A program made the position numbers and the translations under genes. The notes under the pieces are model-generated. The model saw nothing but the letters and a program-made list of their open reading frames with translations. It searched no databases and had not been told where the DNA came from. A stretch of DNA of 64,000 nt from Bacteroidia bacterium (GTDB taxonomy: Bacteria > Bacteroidota > Bacteroidia > JADZBD01). Positions 46,965 to 58,980 of the stretch are shown here, piece by piece (positions within the stretch are counted from its first letter, which is position 1; every line of letters begins with the position of its first letter). The DNA lies in assembly GCA_020852255.1 (NCBI GenBank), contig JADZBD010000002.1, forward strand, positions 83,307 to 147,306, in the 5' to 3' direction.

Positions 46965-49541
46965 TCACTTTTTCGGTTTTTTCTTAGCCGGGGCCTTTTT
47001 TTTCGGTGCGGCAGGCTTCTTCCCGGCCTTCTCAGGCTTTTGCGTCTTTGACTTCTTCGGGGAAGCTTTTGCTTTCTTATCCCCGCTTTTTGCTTTGTCA
47101 TTTCCGCCTCCGGTAAGGGCAAGGCATTCTTCCAGTGTAAGATCTTCCGGAGTTTTTCCTGCCGGAATCTTGAAGAACTTTTTCCCAAGTTTAATACATG
47201 GTCCGTAACGGCCGTGCACAACCTTCAGCTCCGGATGAGAAGGAAATTCAGTGATCAGGCTTTTGCGTTCCTTTTCCCGCTTTTCTTCTATCAGCTCCAC
47301 CGCTCTTTCCAGGGAAATAGCAAAAGGGTCGTCTGTTTTTTTCAGAGAATAGAATCCGTTTTTAAACTTCAGATAGGGACCGAACCGGCCTTTGTTCGCG
47401 GTTATTTCCTCTCCCTCCAATTGCCCCACCGGGCGCGGCAGGCGCGGCATTCGCAGGATTTCCTTCACTCTTTCCGCAGAAACGGAATAAGGATCTTCTC
47501 CCTTTGGCAGCGAAATAAATTCATCGCCGTGCCGGATGTAAGGACCGAACCTGCCGATATTGACTACCAATTCCTTTTCTTCATAGGTTCCCATATTTCT
47601 GGGAAGTTTAAAGAGATCCAGTGCCTCTTCCAGTGTGAGCGTTTCCATGCGCTGGTCCTTTCTCAAACCCGCGAACTTCGGCTTGGGTTCACCTTCCACG
47701 GTTTCACCCATCTGCACCAGCGGGCCGAAGCGTCCGATCCGTACGAAGACATTTTTTCCTGTCTTCGGATCCACGCCCAGTTTTCTTTCACCGGTTGCCC
47801 GTTCAGAGGTCTCTTCTACTTTTTCAACCGTTTTATGAAAAGGAGAATAGAACTCCTTCAGCATTGCGGTCCAGTCCAATTTACCTTCGGCTATTTCATC
47901 GAACTCCTCCTCCACCTTCGCAGTGAAATGGTAATCCATAATATGCGGAAAATTCTTCTGAAGAAAATCGGTGACAACCATTCCCACATCCGTTGGGAAT
48001 AGCCGGGCTTTTTCTGCTCCGGTAGTTTCAGTGTTTTGCACTGAACTTACTTTTCCGTTCTCCATTCGGAGAACGGTGTATTCGCGCGGCCGGCCTTCTC
48101 TGCTTTCCTTCACGATATACTGTCTTTTTACGATTGTGGAAATGGTTGGCGCGTAGGTAGAGGGTCTTCCGATCCCAAGCTGTTCCATTTTTTTAACCAG
48201 CGAAGCCTCCGAATACCGGGCCGGCGGGGCGGTAAACTTCTGCACGGCGGTAATCTCCTTCACGCCGAGCGTTTCACCTTCGTTCATTGCCGGCAATATA
48301 CCTTCATCCTCTTCCCCCTCCTCATCACTGCTTTCCATATAAACCTTGAGAAAACCGTCGAACAATATCACCTCTCCGGTGGCAGTGAAACTGTGCTGGT
48401 TCTGGTTGTTTCCGATCTTCACTATCGTTTTCTCAAGTTTCGCATCGCTCATCTGAGAGGCGATGGTTCTTTTCCAAATCAACTCATACAAGCGATGTTC
48501 ATTGGGTTCTCCGCTGTCTATACCTCTGTTGCTCATGTAGGTTGGACGGATGGCTTCGTGGGCTTCCTGCGCGCCGGCTGATTTGGTGGAGAACTGGCGT
48601 TTGTGTGAATATTCCTCACCAAAAAGCCGGTGGATCTCATTTTTACAGGCGTTGATGGCAAAACCGGAAAGATTGACGCTGTCTGTCCGCATATAAGTAA
48701 TCTTTCCCGCTTCGTAAAGTCGCTGCGCCACCGTCATAGTCTGGGATACGGAAAATCCAAGCTTCCTGGAAGCCTCCTGCTGAAGCGTGGACGTAGTAAA
48801 TGGTGCTGCAGGAGTTCTCTTTCCCGGCTTTTTCTCGATGGACTGAACAGTAAAACTCGCGCGTGCTATCTGTTCCAGAAACTTCTGTGCCTCTGCTTCC
48901 GTATTGAATTTCTCGTCCAGTTCGGCTTTTACTAAAGCAGTACCGGAAAGAAAAAATCCGGTCACTTTATAAAAAGCCCTGGATTCGTGTCCCATGATCT
49001 CTCTCTCCCTCTCAACAATAAGGCGAACAGCTACGCTCTGTACCCTTCCGGCCGAGAGATTGGAACGAACCTTTTTCCACAAAATAGGAGAAAGCTCAAA
49101 TCCCACCAGCCTGTCCAGTACCCGTCGGGCCTGCTGCGCATTAACCAGATGCAGATCAATTTCGCGGGGAGAATTGATGGCATCCTGGATCGCGGTTTTT
49201 GTAATCTCATGGTAAACGATCCTGCGGTATTTGCTCTTTTTAAGTCCCAGCACTTCAAAAAGATGCCAGGAAATAGCTTCCCCTTCACGGTCTTCATCCG
49301 TTGCCAGCCAAACCATATCCGCATCTTTAGCCAGCTTCTTCAACTCCGAAACCACATCCCGTTTATCCGGGGATATTTCATAGCTGGGGCGGAAATTATC
49401 TTCCAGATCCACCCCCATACCTTTCTTCACCAGGTCGCGAATATGACCTACCGAGGATTTGACCTTGAATTCATTCCCAAGGAACTTCTCGATAGTCTTT
49501 GCCTTTGCAGGCGACTCAACAATCACAAGATTTTTTGCCAT
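46965..49541 (-). CDS. topA: DNA topoisomerase I with lysine-rich C-terminal tail
   Basis: 858 aa. TOPRIM N-terminus (MAKNLVIVESPAKAKTIEKFLG…). Catalytic Tyr region (…ITYMRTDS…). Repeated zinc-ribbon-like units. C-terminal KKPAAPKKKAPAKKKPKK tail. Confidence 0.9.
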   Translation of the reverse strand: MAKNLVIVESPAKAKTIEKFLGNEFKVKSSVGHIRDLVKKGMGVDLEDNFRPSYEISPDKRDVVSELKKLAKDADMVWLATDEDREGEAISWHLFEVLGLKKSKYRRIVYHEITKTAIQDAINSPREIDLHLVNAQQARRVLDRLVGFELSPILWKKVRSNLSAGRVQSVAVRLIVEREREIMGHESRAFYKVTGFFLSGTALVKAELDEKFNTEAEAQKFLEQIARASFTVQSIEKKPGKRTPAAPFTTSTLQQEASRKLGFSVSQTMTVAQRLYEAGKITYMRTDSVNLSGFAINACKNEIHRLFGEEYSHKRQFSTKSAGAQEAHEAIRPTYMSNRGIDSGEPNEHRLYELIWKRTIASQMSDAKLEKTIVKIGNNQNQHSFTATGEVILFDGFLKVYMESSDEEGEEDEGILPAMNEGETLGVKEITAVQKFTAPPARYSEASLVKKMEQLGIGRPSTYAPTISTIVKRQYIVKESREGRPREYTVLRMENGKVSSVQNTETTGAEKARLFPTDVGMVVTDFLQKNFPHIMDYHFTAKVEEEFDEIAEGKLDWTAMLKEFYSPFHKTVEKVEETSERATGERKLGVDPKTGKNVFVRIGRFGPLVQMGETVEGEPKPKFAGLRKDQRMETLTLEEALDLFKLPRNMGTYEEKELVVNIGRFGPYIRHGDEFISLPKGEDPYSVSAERVKEILRMPRLPRPVGQLEGEEITANKGRFGPYLKFKNGFYSLKKTDDPFAISLERAVELIEEKREKERKSLITEFPSHPELKVVHGRYGPCIKLGKKFFKIPAGKTPEDLTLEECLALTGGGNDKAKSGDKKAKASPKKSKTQKPEKAGKKPAAPKKKAPAKKKPKK

Positions 49542-49635
49542 GCTTCACATTTTCTTTTTCTCCGACATTCAGGGCTGCAAAGAAAACGATTCAAAACCCA
49601 CATTTCCAAATTTGCCTTAAAACCGGGGTCGGTTT

Positions 49636-49661
49636 ATATATATATATAATATATATATATA
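49636..49661. repeat. (AT)n dinucleotide tract in the topA / permease divergent promoter region
   Basis: tatatatatataatatatatatata, read directly from the sequence. Confidence 0.9.
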
Positions 49662-49681
49662 ACTTTCCAAAACTTTTTTTG

Positions 49682-49690
49682 CCCCCCCCC
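49682..49690. repeat. poly-C homopolymer (C9) preceded by T7, 18 nt upstream of the permease ATG
   Basis: aactttttttgccccccccc, read directly from the sequence. Confidence 0.9.
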
Positions 49691-49707
49691 TGATCTGAAA
49701 TAGTAGT

Positions 49708-51021
49708 ATGGCGGAATTGAAACCGAAAATAACCGGCACAGGACTGACACTGATTGTCATTGGCAGCTGTATAGGATCAGGGATCTTTATAACGCCTTCG
49801 CGGATCGCCGGACTTCTTGATTCTCCATCACTTATACTTCTGCTGTGGATTGTTGGAGGGCTGATAACCATCAGCGGGGCTTTATCTTATGCAGAGCTGG
49901 CATCGAGGTTTCCCCAAGCAGGAGGCGTGTATGTTTATCTGCGGGAAGCATTCGGTTCCGTGTGGGCATTTTTATTCGGCTGGGTGGTACTCACTGCCGT
50001 AACCAGCGGTGCACTTGCCGCGCTGGCGCTGGCCTTCACACAATTTCTCGGACTGGTGATTCCGGAGATTGAACCCTACCGGTTGCCGGTTGCGGCCGGG
50101 GTTCTGATCATCACCTCCGTTGCGAATGTTTTCGGGGTACAGGTCGGACAGTTTTTTTCAAATTTATTTACATCACTTAAAGTAGCCGGGATCGTATTTA
50201 TTATTCTCTGCGGACTGTTTGTTTTCAACGGGGAATCCCGTGCTATGTATCACACTCCTGAAGTGAATTTCGCTACAGTTCAGGCGTTTTTTCTTGCACT
50301 CACGGGAGTATACTGGTCCTACGGCGGATGGCAGCACGCCACCTACATCAGTTCGGAGGTAATAAATCCCGGTAAAAACATCGCAAAAGCGATGATCCAG
50401 GGCTCCTGTGCGGTCATGCTGATCTACCTTCTGTCGAACATGGCATACATGAACGTGATGGACCTGGATTCCGTGGCAGCTTCCGAACGAGTAGCAGCCG
50501 ACATGATGCAAGAGGTGCTACCCGGATATGGATCCAGGATTATGGCAATTATTGTAAGCATTTCTGTTTTCGGAACCATCGCCATTTATACTATGACCGC
50601 CCCCAGGATCTATTTTGCCATGGCATCGGACGGAGTATTTTTTTCGGGATTAACCAGGATTCACCCGAAGTTTCACACCCCTATACCGGCCATTCTGCTC
50701 CAATCCGGCTGGGCCATTCTCCTGCTTTTTTTCTGGGGAACATTTTCGAATCTGATTGAATATGTCACGTTTACCGAAGGAGTATTCCTTGCGATGGCCG
50801 CCCTCAGCGTTATTGTATTGCGAAAAAAAATTCAGGAACCTCCGGGGTTTAGATCGCCGCTATATCCTTTACTGCCACTGTTCTACTTTTCCGTTTCAGT
50901 TCTGTTTCTGGGGGTTGGATTATACTCCCATCCGGTGCAGGCCCTGGCTGCGCTGGTCATTTTCAGTTCAGGGCTGATCGTTTATCTGTTTTTCAGAAAG
51001 AGGCGTAAAACTCTGATTTAG
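49708..51021 (+). CDS. APC-family amino acid permease
   Basis: 437 aa, 12 TM helices. N-terminal …GTGLTLIVIGSCIGSGIFITPS… amino-acid permease signature. Confidence 0.8.
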   Translation: MAELKPKITGTGLTLIVIGSCIGSGIFITPSRIAGLLDSPSLILLLWIVGGLITISGALSYAELASRFPQAGGVYVYLREAFGSVWAFLFGWVVLTAVTSGALAALALAFTQFLGLVIPEIEPYRLPVAAGVLIITSVANVFGVQVGQFFSNLFTSLKVAGIVFIILCGLFVFNGESRAMYHTPEVNFATVQAFFLALTGVYWSYGGWQHATYISSEVINPGKNIAKAMIQGSCAVMLIYLLSNMAYMNVMDLDSVAASERVAADMMQEVLPGYGSRIMAIIVSISVFGTIAIYTMTAPRIYFAMASDGVFFSGLTRIHPKFHTPIPAILLQSGWAILLLFFWGTFSNLIEYVTFTEGVFLAMAALSVIVLRKKIQEPPGFRSPLYPLLPLFYFSVSVLFLGVGLYSHPVQALAALVIFSSGLIVYLFFRKRRKTLI

Positions 51022-51106
51022 TAGACGTTAATGAAGGTTAATTCCTTCTGTGACATTTTGTCACCTAACGCATTTTCGGTAAATTTGCAGCCCGTTTAAA
51101 GAGAAA

Positions 51107-52543
51107 ATGGAAACAAATAAACTTTTGGACGAAGGCCGGCAGGGTGAAGTGCTGATGATGCAAGGCAGAGCAGAGCAGGGAAGCCGGAAACTATTTCTTG
51201 AAAGTTACGGATGTCAGATGAATTTTTCAGACAGCGAGATTGTAGCTTCCGTGCTTGCCTCCGAAGGATTTACAACCACCGATAATTACCGTGAAGCTGA
51301 TCTGGTACTCATCAATACGTGTTCGATACGTGAAAACGCCGAGCAGAAAGTGCGCCACCGTCTGCAGGAATTCAATGCAGCAAAAAAGCGCAAACCCGGT
51401 CTCATCATAGGGGTGATGGGATGCATGGCGGAACGATTGAAATCTAAATTTCTCGAAGAAGAGAAGATGCTGGACATCGTGGTAGGACCAGACGCCTACA
51501 GAGATTTGCCCGGACTCATCCGGCAGGTAGAGGGCGGACAAAAGGCGGTGAATGTACTTTTAAGCCGGGAAGAGACGTACGCAGACATCAGTCCGGTACG
51601 TTTAGACAGTAACGGAGTTTCCGCATTCATCAGCATCATGCGGGGTTGCGACAACATGTGCAGTTTTTGTGTGGTTCCCTTCACGCGTGGGAGGGAAAGA
51701 AGCCGCGACCCGCATAGCGTTGTGCAAGAAGCGAAGGAACTGATGCGGGAAGGTTACCGGGAAGTGACCCTGTTAGGTCAAAACGTGGATTCCTACATTT
51801 GGGCGGGGGGAGGATTGAAAAAAGACCTCTCCGATGAGCAGAAGGCCGGTGCGGTTGATTTCGCAGGGCTTTTAGAAATGGTGGCGAGCATATCTCCGCA
51901 ACTCCGTGTGCGGTTCTCCACTTCTCATCCCAAAGATATTACAGACAAAGTGCTGGAGACGATGGCGGCTCATGATAATATCTGCAGGTACATTCATTTA
52001 CCTGTGCAGAGCGGAAGTACGGCGATGCTGGAACGCATGAACAGGGGATACAGCAGGGAATGGTATCTATCCCGGGTAAAAAGAATTCGCCAGATTATGC
52101 CCGACTGTGAGATCTCCACAGATATAATTACGGGGTTTTGCGGCGAAACAGAGGATGATCACCGGCAAACGCTGTCTCTCATGGCAGAAGCCGGATTTTC
52201 ATACGCCTTCATGTTCGCCTATTCTGAGCGGCCGGGAACGCCGGCAGAGAAGCACATGAAAGACGACGTTCCGGAAGAAACGAAGCTACGCCGGTTACGG
52301 GAAGTGGTAGCACTTCAGCAACAGCATTCTGCAGCACGAACAAAAGAGGCCGTTGGAAAATCGCACCGCGTGCTTATTGAAGGTCCGTCGCGCCGATCGG
52401 AAAACATGTGGAGCGGGCGTAATTCCCAGAATAATGTGGTGGTATTCCCAAAGGGCAAATCGGGAAAAGGAGAATATGCAGAAGTAATGGTGGAAGATTG
52501 CACCTCAGCAACACTGATAGGAAAAGAAATATTATCCTACTGA
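51107..52543 (+). CDS. miaB: tRNA-2-methylthio-N6-dimethylallyladenosine synthase
   Basis: 478 aa. UPF0004 N-terminus …[20 protein letters not shown]…[15 protein letters not shown]…. Radical-SAM CxxxCxxC ([14 protein letters not shown]). C-terminal TRAM domain. TAAATTTG -7-like motif 23 nt upstream. Confidence 0.9.
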   Translation: METNKLLDEGRQGEVLMMQGRAEQGSRKLFLESYGCQMNFSDSEIVASVLASEGFTTTDNYREADLVLINTCSIRENAEQKVRHRLQEFNAAKKRKPGLIIGVMGCMAERLKSKFLEEEKMLDIVVGPDAYRDLPGLIRQVEGGQKAVNVLLSREETYADISPVRLDSNGVSAFISIMRGCDNMCSFCVVPFTRGRERSRDPHSVVQEAKELMREGYREVTLLGQNVDSYIWAGGGLKKDLSDEQKAGAVDFAGLLEMVASISPQLRVRFSTSHPKDITDKVLETMAAHDNICRYIHLPVQSGSTAMLERMNRGYSREWYLSRVKRIRQIMPDCEISTDIITGFCGETEDDHRQTLSLMAEAGFSYAFMFAYSERPGTPAEKHMKDDVPEETKLRRLREVVALQQQHSAARTKEAVGKSHRVLIEGPSRRSENMWSGRNSQNNVVVFPKGKSGKGEYAEVMVEDCTSATLIGKEILSY

Positions 52544-52545
52544 AA

Positions 52546-53799
52546 ATGGGTATCCAGGATATAAAAAACAGGTTCGGAATCATGGGCACATCACCCCTGC
52601 TTGACCGGGCCATTGACATTGCCATGCAGGTAGCGCCCACGGATCTGAGTGTGCTGGTAACAGGTGAGAGCGGTACAGGGAAGGAAGTATTCCCTCAGAT
52701 CATCCATCAGACGAGTTCCCGCAAACATGGTCCGTACATAGCCGTTAACTGTGGCGCCATTCCGGAGGGCACGATAGACTCTGAACTTTTCGGCCATGAA
52801 AAAGGTTCGTTCACGGGTGCATCCGACACACGAAAAGGATATTTTGAAGTAGCCAACGGAGGAACAATATTCCTTGATGAGGTCGCTGAAATGCCTTTGG
52901 CAACACAGGCACGTCTGCTTCGTGTGCTCGAAACAGGGGAGTTCATCAAGGTGGGCTCTTCAAAGGTACAGAAGACCAATGTTCGTGTGGTAGCCGCCAC
53001 CAATGTAAACCTGGTGAAGGCCATTGAGCGCGGAAAATTCAGGGAAGACCTCTATTACCGTTTAAATACTGTTCCCATTCTGATACCATCGCTGCGGGAA
53101 AGAAAGCAGGACATCCTGCTGCTTTTCCGGAAATTTGCTTCCGACTTTTCAGCGAAGTACCGGATGCCCCCGGTTAAGCTGAATACGGAAGCAGAACAGA
53201 TGCTCACCGCTTTTTACTGGCACGGAAATGTCCGTCAGTTAAAAAATATCACCGAACAGATCTCTATCATTGAAAAAGTACGGGATATAGACGCCCGTAT
53301 TCTTATGCGGTATCTTCCCGCTCAGCCGACCACGCAACTGCCTGCGGTTGTACGACAGGAAACTTCTCCCGGTGAAATTTCGGAGCGGGAGATCCTGTAC
53401 AAGGTTCTTTTCGAGCTAAAAAAGGACATGAACGATCTGAAAAAAATTGTGGTGGACCTTATTGAAAATGACACAGGGCTGAAGCAGGACTTCAAACCCG
53501 AAAATGCACAAATTATCAAGCAGCTTTACAATGAGGTAGGATTACCGGAGACGAACGTTCAGCTGGGATATGGGCAGAACTCCCCATCACTTTCAGGTAC
53601 GCTGATAGGAAACGGTGAAGAAATACAGCTGGGAGAAGAAGTGGTAGAGGAACCCAAAACACTTTCCCAGGTAGAAGAGGAAATGATCCGGCGCTCACTG
53701 GAAAAATTTAAGGGAAAAAGAAAACTGGCTGCAGGAGAGCTGGGAATTTCCGAGAGAACGCTCTACCGGAAGATCAACGAATATGGAATAAAAGAATGA
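52546..53799 (+). CDS. sigma-54-dependent transcriptional activator, AAA+ plus Fis-type HTH only (no N-terminal sensor/receiver domain)
   Basis: Start ATG at 52546, 2 nt after the miaB stop. Walker A LVTGESGTGKEVF. GAFTGA motif (…EKGSFTGA…). Arginine-finger region. C-terminal …AAGELGISERTLYRKINEYGI Fis-type HTH. The AAA+ domain begins within about 20 residues of the N-terminus. Confidence 0.8.
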   Translation: MGIQDIKNRFGIMGTSPLLDRAIDIAMQVAPTDLSVLVTGESGTGKEVFPQIIHQTSSRKHGPYIAVNCGAIPEGTIDSELFGHEKGSFTGASDTRKGYFEVANGGTIFLDEVAEMPLATQARLLRVLETGEFIKVGSSKVQKTNVRVVAATNVNLVKAIERGKFREDLYYRLNTVPILIPSLRERKQDILLLFRKFASDFSAKYRMPPVKLNTEAEQMLTAFYWHGNVRQLKNITEQISIIEKVRDIDARILMRYLPAQPTTQLPAVVRQETSPGEISEREILYKVLFELKKDMNDLKKIVVDLIENDTGLKQDFKPENAQIIKQLYNEVGLPETNVQLGYGQNSPSLSGTLIGNGEEIQLGEEVVEEPKTLSQVEEEMIRRSLEKFKGKRKLAAGELGISERTLYRKINEYGIKE

Positions 53800-54293
53800 G
53801 ACTTGCATTTCTGACCGTGCTGCTTTTAGCGGGATCTGTTACATCCTGCAGGATGAATTTATCTTTCACCGGAGTAAATACAGATGCGCGCACTGCCACT
53901 GTAAAGTTTTTTACACCGGTGGCTTCGCTTGCGAAACCAACTGTAGGGCAGGTATTCACCGAAGCACTGAAAGACGCCGTTTCCGGACAGGGGAAACTGG
54001 ACCTGGTGAATTCCGGCGCCGACCTCGTTTATGAAGGAACCATCAGCGGTTACTCCACCGCGCCGGTGGCTATTCAGGGAAATGATCAGGCTGCAATGAA
54101 CCGTTTGACCATTACCGTGCAGCTTAAATTCACCGACATAAAAAACAATTCCAAAAGTTTTGAGTCCGCGTTTACGCGTTATGCCGATTTCAGTGCCGGG
54201 CAGTCGCTGGCCGCCGTGGAAGATCAGCTCATTCGCGACATTACAGAGCAGCTCGTGCAGGACATTATCAATAAAACATTGCAGGACTGGTAG
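53796..54293 (+). CDS. LptE-like LPS-assembly lipoprotein (tentative)
   Basis: 165 aa. Lipoprotein signal (…LLAGSVTSC). Size and position (sigma-54 activator, this gene, unknown, secG, groESL) match a conserved Bacteroidetes arrangement as I recall it. ATGA overlap with the upstream gene. Confidence 0.45.
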   Translation: MRLAFLTVLLLAGSVTSCRMNLSFTGVNTDARTATVKFFTPVASLAKPTVGQVFTEALKDAVSGQGKLDLVNSGADLVYEGTISGYSTAPVAIQGNDQAAMNRLTITVQLKFTDIKNNSKSFESAFTRYADFSAGQSLAAVEDQLIRDITEQLVQDIINKTLQDW

Positions 54294-54295
54294 CA

Positions 54296-55341
54296 TGAAC
54301 CGTGAACGTTTTCATCAATACCTCTCCCAGCCTGCCCAGCTGAAAAGCGATGCGCTCACCGATCTGGAAGGAGTCATCAACACTTACCCGTGGTTTACCA
54401 CGGCACGATTACTGTATTTGAAAGCGCTGCATACCACTGAGCATATCCTTTACCCTTCCCAATTGCAGCAAGGCGCACTGCATGTTCCGGACCGGCGCGC
54501 ACTCTACGAACTCATTCATTTGCCCGTTGAAAGTGTAAAACCCGCTGAAAAAGAAACCCCGCCGACTGAAAAAAAACCGGTTAGTACTCCGGAAAAAACC
54601 TACGGTTCGAAAACGGTGAGCGAATACATTGCCGAAAAGAAGAAAGAGTTGCAGGAAGAAGAACAGGCGGCCGCCAAGGTACTGCAACTGGCTAAGAATG
54701 CGCGTGAACAATCTGAAGTAACAGAAGAAAAAAAGCGTACCGCTGAAGAAATACTGGTTCGGAACCTGAAAGAAGAAAAACTGGAAATTCTGGACACCCC
54801 GGGTGAGATCCAGCTTGAGGAAATCCAGAAGACCGAGCAAGATGCTGTAAAGCTGGATAAAGACATGAAGCAGGAGGCCGTGAGAGTGACCTATACCGGT
54901 GACAAAATCGGCACAGGCGAGGAGAGCAAAGAAGTACGGGCGGAGGCCAAGGAATTGTTAGAACGCGTAGGACATCCACGCTTGCGCACGTTGAGTGACT
55001 GGCTTACAGACATTGACGAAGGCAGGGAACACCCCTCCGAGATTGCCGAGCATCCGGTTCAAAACACGTCCATAGAATCCATTATTGACAAATTCATTCA
55101 GGAAGAACCCAAACTATCCAAACCCAAAAAGGAGTTCTTCAATCCTGTGAATATGGCCAAACACAGTGTGGTAGATGATGAAGAGCTTGTAACTGAGACA
55201 CTTGCAAGAATCTATATAAAGCAAGGTAATTTCGCGAAGGCCATCCGGATCTATGACATTTTAAGCTTGAAGTTTCCGGAAAAAAGCACTTACTTTGCCG
55301 CCCTTATTGAGGAGATAAAAAACAGGAATTTAAACAGTTAA
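54296..55341 (+). CDS. hypothetical K/E-rich protein with C-terminal TPR-like helix pair
   Basis: Start ATG at 54296, 2 nt after the preceding TAG. Highly charged middle region. C-terminal …LARIYIKQGNFAKAIRIYDILSLKFPEKSTYFAALIEEI…. Confidence 0.5.
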
Positions 55342-55344
55342 GTC

Positions 55345-55689
55345 ATGGGAGTAGTAGCAGTCCTTATCATTTTAATCAGTATCCTGCTGACCCTAGTGGT
55401 GCTCATCCAGAATTCAAAAGGTGGTGGCATCGCTTCTAATTTTGCATCGAACACGCAGGTGGTAGGAGTAAAGAAGCAGGCCGAGTATATTGAAAAAGTA
55501 ACCTGGGGCCTGATGATCGCACTCATGATCTTGTGTGTAAGTGCCGGGGTAGGAAGCAAAGGAGCGATTGAAAGAAAAACAACAGACTCCAAGGTAAAGG
55601 AAGGATCGGTAAAAACCCCCGTGCCTTCTGTGAATCCTCCGGGAATCAGTTCACCTACCGTACCGCCGCCCTCCACAGGTACACCGTGA
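55345..55689 (+). CDS. secG: preprotein translocase subunit SecG
   Basis: 114 aa. Two TM helices. …LTLVVLIQNSKGGGIAS… matches the SecG LxxQxxKGGG signature. Sits upstream of groES. Confidence 0.75.
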   Translation: MGVVAVLIILISILLTLVVLIQNSKGGGIASNFASNTQVVGVKKQAEYIEKVTWGLMIALMILCVSAGVGSKGAIERKTTDSKVKEGSVKTPVPSVNPPGISSPTVPPPSTGTP

Positions 55690-55832
55690 ATCAGTGTTGT
55701 TCTGACATTTTTTCAATTAAATATTGACATCCGTTCTGCCTGACTGAAAATTTGTCCTGTTCTTCCGGTCTGGCACCGATTTCGATTACAGGGAAACGTT
55801 AAACCAAAAACAATTCAATAAACATCAATCAC

Positions 55833-56111
55833 ATGGCAAAGATCAGCGTAAAACCACTGGCCGACCGCGTGCTGGTAGAAGCCGCAGCCGCCGAAGAAAA
55901 GACAGCTTCCGGTATTATTATACCGGATACCGCTAAGGAAAAACCCCAGCGCGGAAAAGTAGTAGCCGTCGGAAACGGAAAAAAAGAAGAACCGATGACC
56001 GTTAAAATCGGTGACGAGATCCTTTACGGTAAGTACGCCGGAACAGAGATCACGATCGACGGTAAAGAATACCTTATTATGCGAGAGTCTGATATTTTCG
56101 CAATTCTCTAA
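55833..56111 (+). CDS. groES: co-chaperonin GroES
   Basis: 92 aa. [47 protein letters not shown]… is a canonical GroES. Confidence 0.95.
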   Translation: MAKISVKPLADRVLVEAAAAEEKTASGIIIPDTAKEKPQRGKVVAVGNGKKEEPMTVKIGDEILYGKYAGTEITIDGKEYLIMRESDIFAIL

Positions 56112-56116
56112 TTTAA

Positions 56117-57763
<1,647 letters not shown>

Positions 57764-57782
57764 TCTGAATTTCAATGCAAAA

Positions 57783-57817
57783 CAAAAGCCCTCTTTACCG
57801 GGGCTTTTGTTTTTTTT
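57783..57817 (+). terminator. rho-independent terminator after groEL
   Basis: aaaagccc-ctctttaccg-gggctttt hairpin followed by a T7 run. Confidence 0.65.
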
Positions 57818-57849
57818 GGCAGAATCGTTTCGGGGAAGTACATTTGGGT

Positions 57850-58980
57850 ATGCTCCGTTCTTTACCTCTCCTTTTTCTTCTTCTTCTTTCAGACCTGATT
57901 AGCGCAGGTCCATGGGTGCAAAAACCTTCCTTACCCGGACCTGGCAGACACCGCGGATTTTCCTTTGTAACCGGTAATAAGGCATATGTTGGCGGTGGCT
58001 GGAATGGCTGGACCATGTGGAATGATATGTGGGAATACGATCCGGCGAGCAATTCCTGGACGCAGCGGGCCAATACACCCACCAATTTTTACACCAGTTC
58101 CGGAGTGGGAATAGGTAGTAAAGGCTATGTCACCGGAGGCACCCTTGGCGCAGCTCTTTATGAATATGACCCCGCAACAAACACGTGGACTGCAAAGGCG
58201 AGTGCGCCTCAGGCTGCATTCTGGGAAAGCAATGCTATCAATCTGAACAATAAACTGTATATGTCGGACTGGAATATACTGATGGTATATGATCCTTCCG
58301 TGAACAGCTGGCAAACGCTAACGCCCACCCCCAATCAGAATATCTACGGCCCGGGAGTTTCCATTGGCAGTTTTATGTATACCGTTTTTGAGGGAGGTAC
58401 GGGTACCGTAAGATTCGACCCCGCTACCAATACCTATACGCAGTTGGCCAGCTTCCCCGGGGAAAGCAGAACACAAGCCTCTGCATTTGAAGCGGGTGGA
58501 AAAATTTATGCCGGATGCGGCGATGGTGTAATCAGCGACAACATCCGCGATTTCTGGGAATATAATCCTGCGACCAACTCATGGAGGCAAATTGATGACC
58601 TTCCCGGAGATACCCGGGAGAACGCAGTTGCCTTCACACTCAACGGGCGGGGATATCTCTGCACAGGAACCAATGGCATCAATCACCAGGATCTGTGGAT
58701 GCTGCTGCCGGAAAATATCACCAACGTAAACGACCCGGATCCGGTTAGTATCTCCGTTTTTCCTAACCCTTCATCCGGAGACGTATATTTCAGCCTGGCC
58801 GCTTTGGGCGGATCGGAAACTGTAATTGAACTCTACGATGCCACCGGGCAACTGGCAAGAAGGGAAAGGTGGGAAGGTGAGCAGGGAGTTCTGCGAAGAG
58901 AATTACTCCCGGCCGGGATGTATTCCTATACCCTGTTTGCAGGAGGAAAGAAATACTCCGGCAGAATAGCACTGCACTGA
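57850..58980 (+). CDS. Kelch-repeat beta-propeller protein with T9SS C-terminal sorting domain
   Basis: Start at MLRSLPLLFLLLLSDLISA (signal peptide). Repeated …GGxxNGWTMWNDMWEYDPASNSWT… Kelch-type blades. C-terminus …VSISVFPNPSSGDVYFSL…IELYDATGQLARRE…GMYSYTLFAGGKKYSGRIALH is a T9SS CTD. Confidence 0.7.
   Translation: MLRSLPLLFLLLLSDLISAGPWVQKPSLPGPGRHRGFSFVTGNKAYVGGGWNGWTMWNDMWEYDPASNSWTQRANTPTNFYTSSGVGIGSKGYVTGGTLGAALYEYDPATNTWTAKASAPQAAFWESNAINLNNKLYMSDWNILMVYDPSVNSWQTLTPTPNQNIYGPGVSIGSFMYTVFEGGTGTVRFDPATNTYTQLASFPGESRTQASAFEAGGKIYAGCGDGVISDNIRDFWEYNPATNSWRQIDDLPGDTRENAVAFTLNGRGYLCTGTNGINHQDLWMLLPENITNVNDPDPVSISVFPNPSSGDVYFSLAALGGSETVIELYDATGQLARRERWEGEQGVLRRELLPAGMYSYTLFAGGKKYSGRIALH

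Noticed and set aside
47214-48002. 262-aa plus-strand ORF and other plus-strand ORFs inside topA
   Set aside because: Antisense to the highly conserved topA, with low-complexity translation. This is the typical shadow ORF of a GC-balanced gene.
49636-49661. Possible CRISPR or tandem-repeat array
   Set aside because: It is only a single (AT)n microsatellite with no spacer-repeat architecture. No CRISPR-like arrays were seen anywhere in the window.
55690-55832. CIRCE-type heat-shock operator upstream of groES
   Set aside because: No TTAGCACTC-N9-GAGTGCTAA inverted repeat is present. Bacteroidota generally lack HrcA/CIRCE control of groESL, so its absence is expected.
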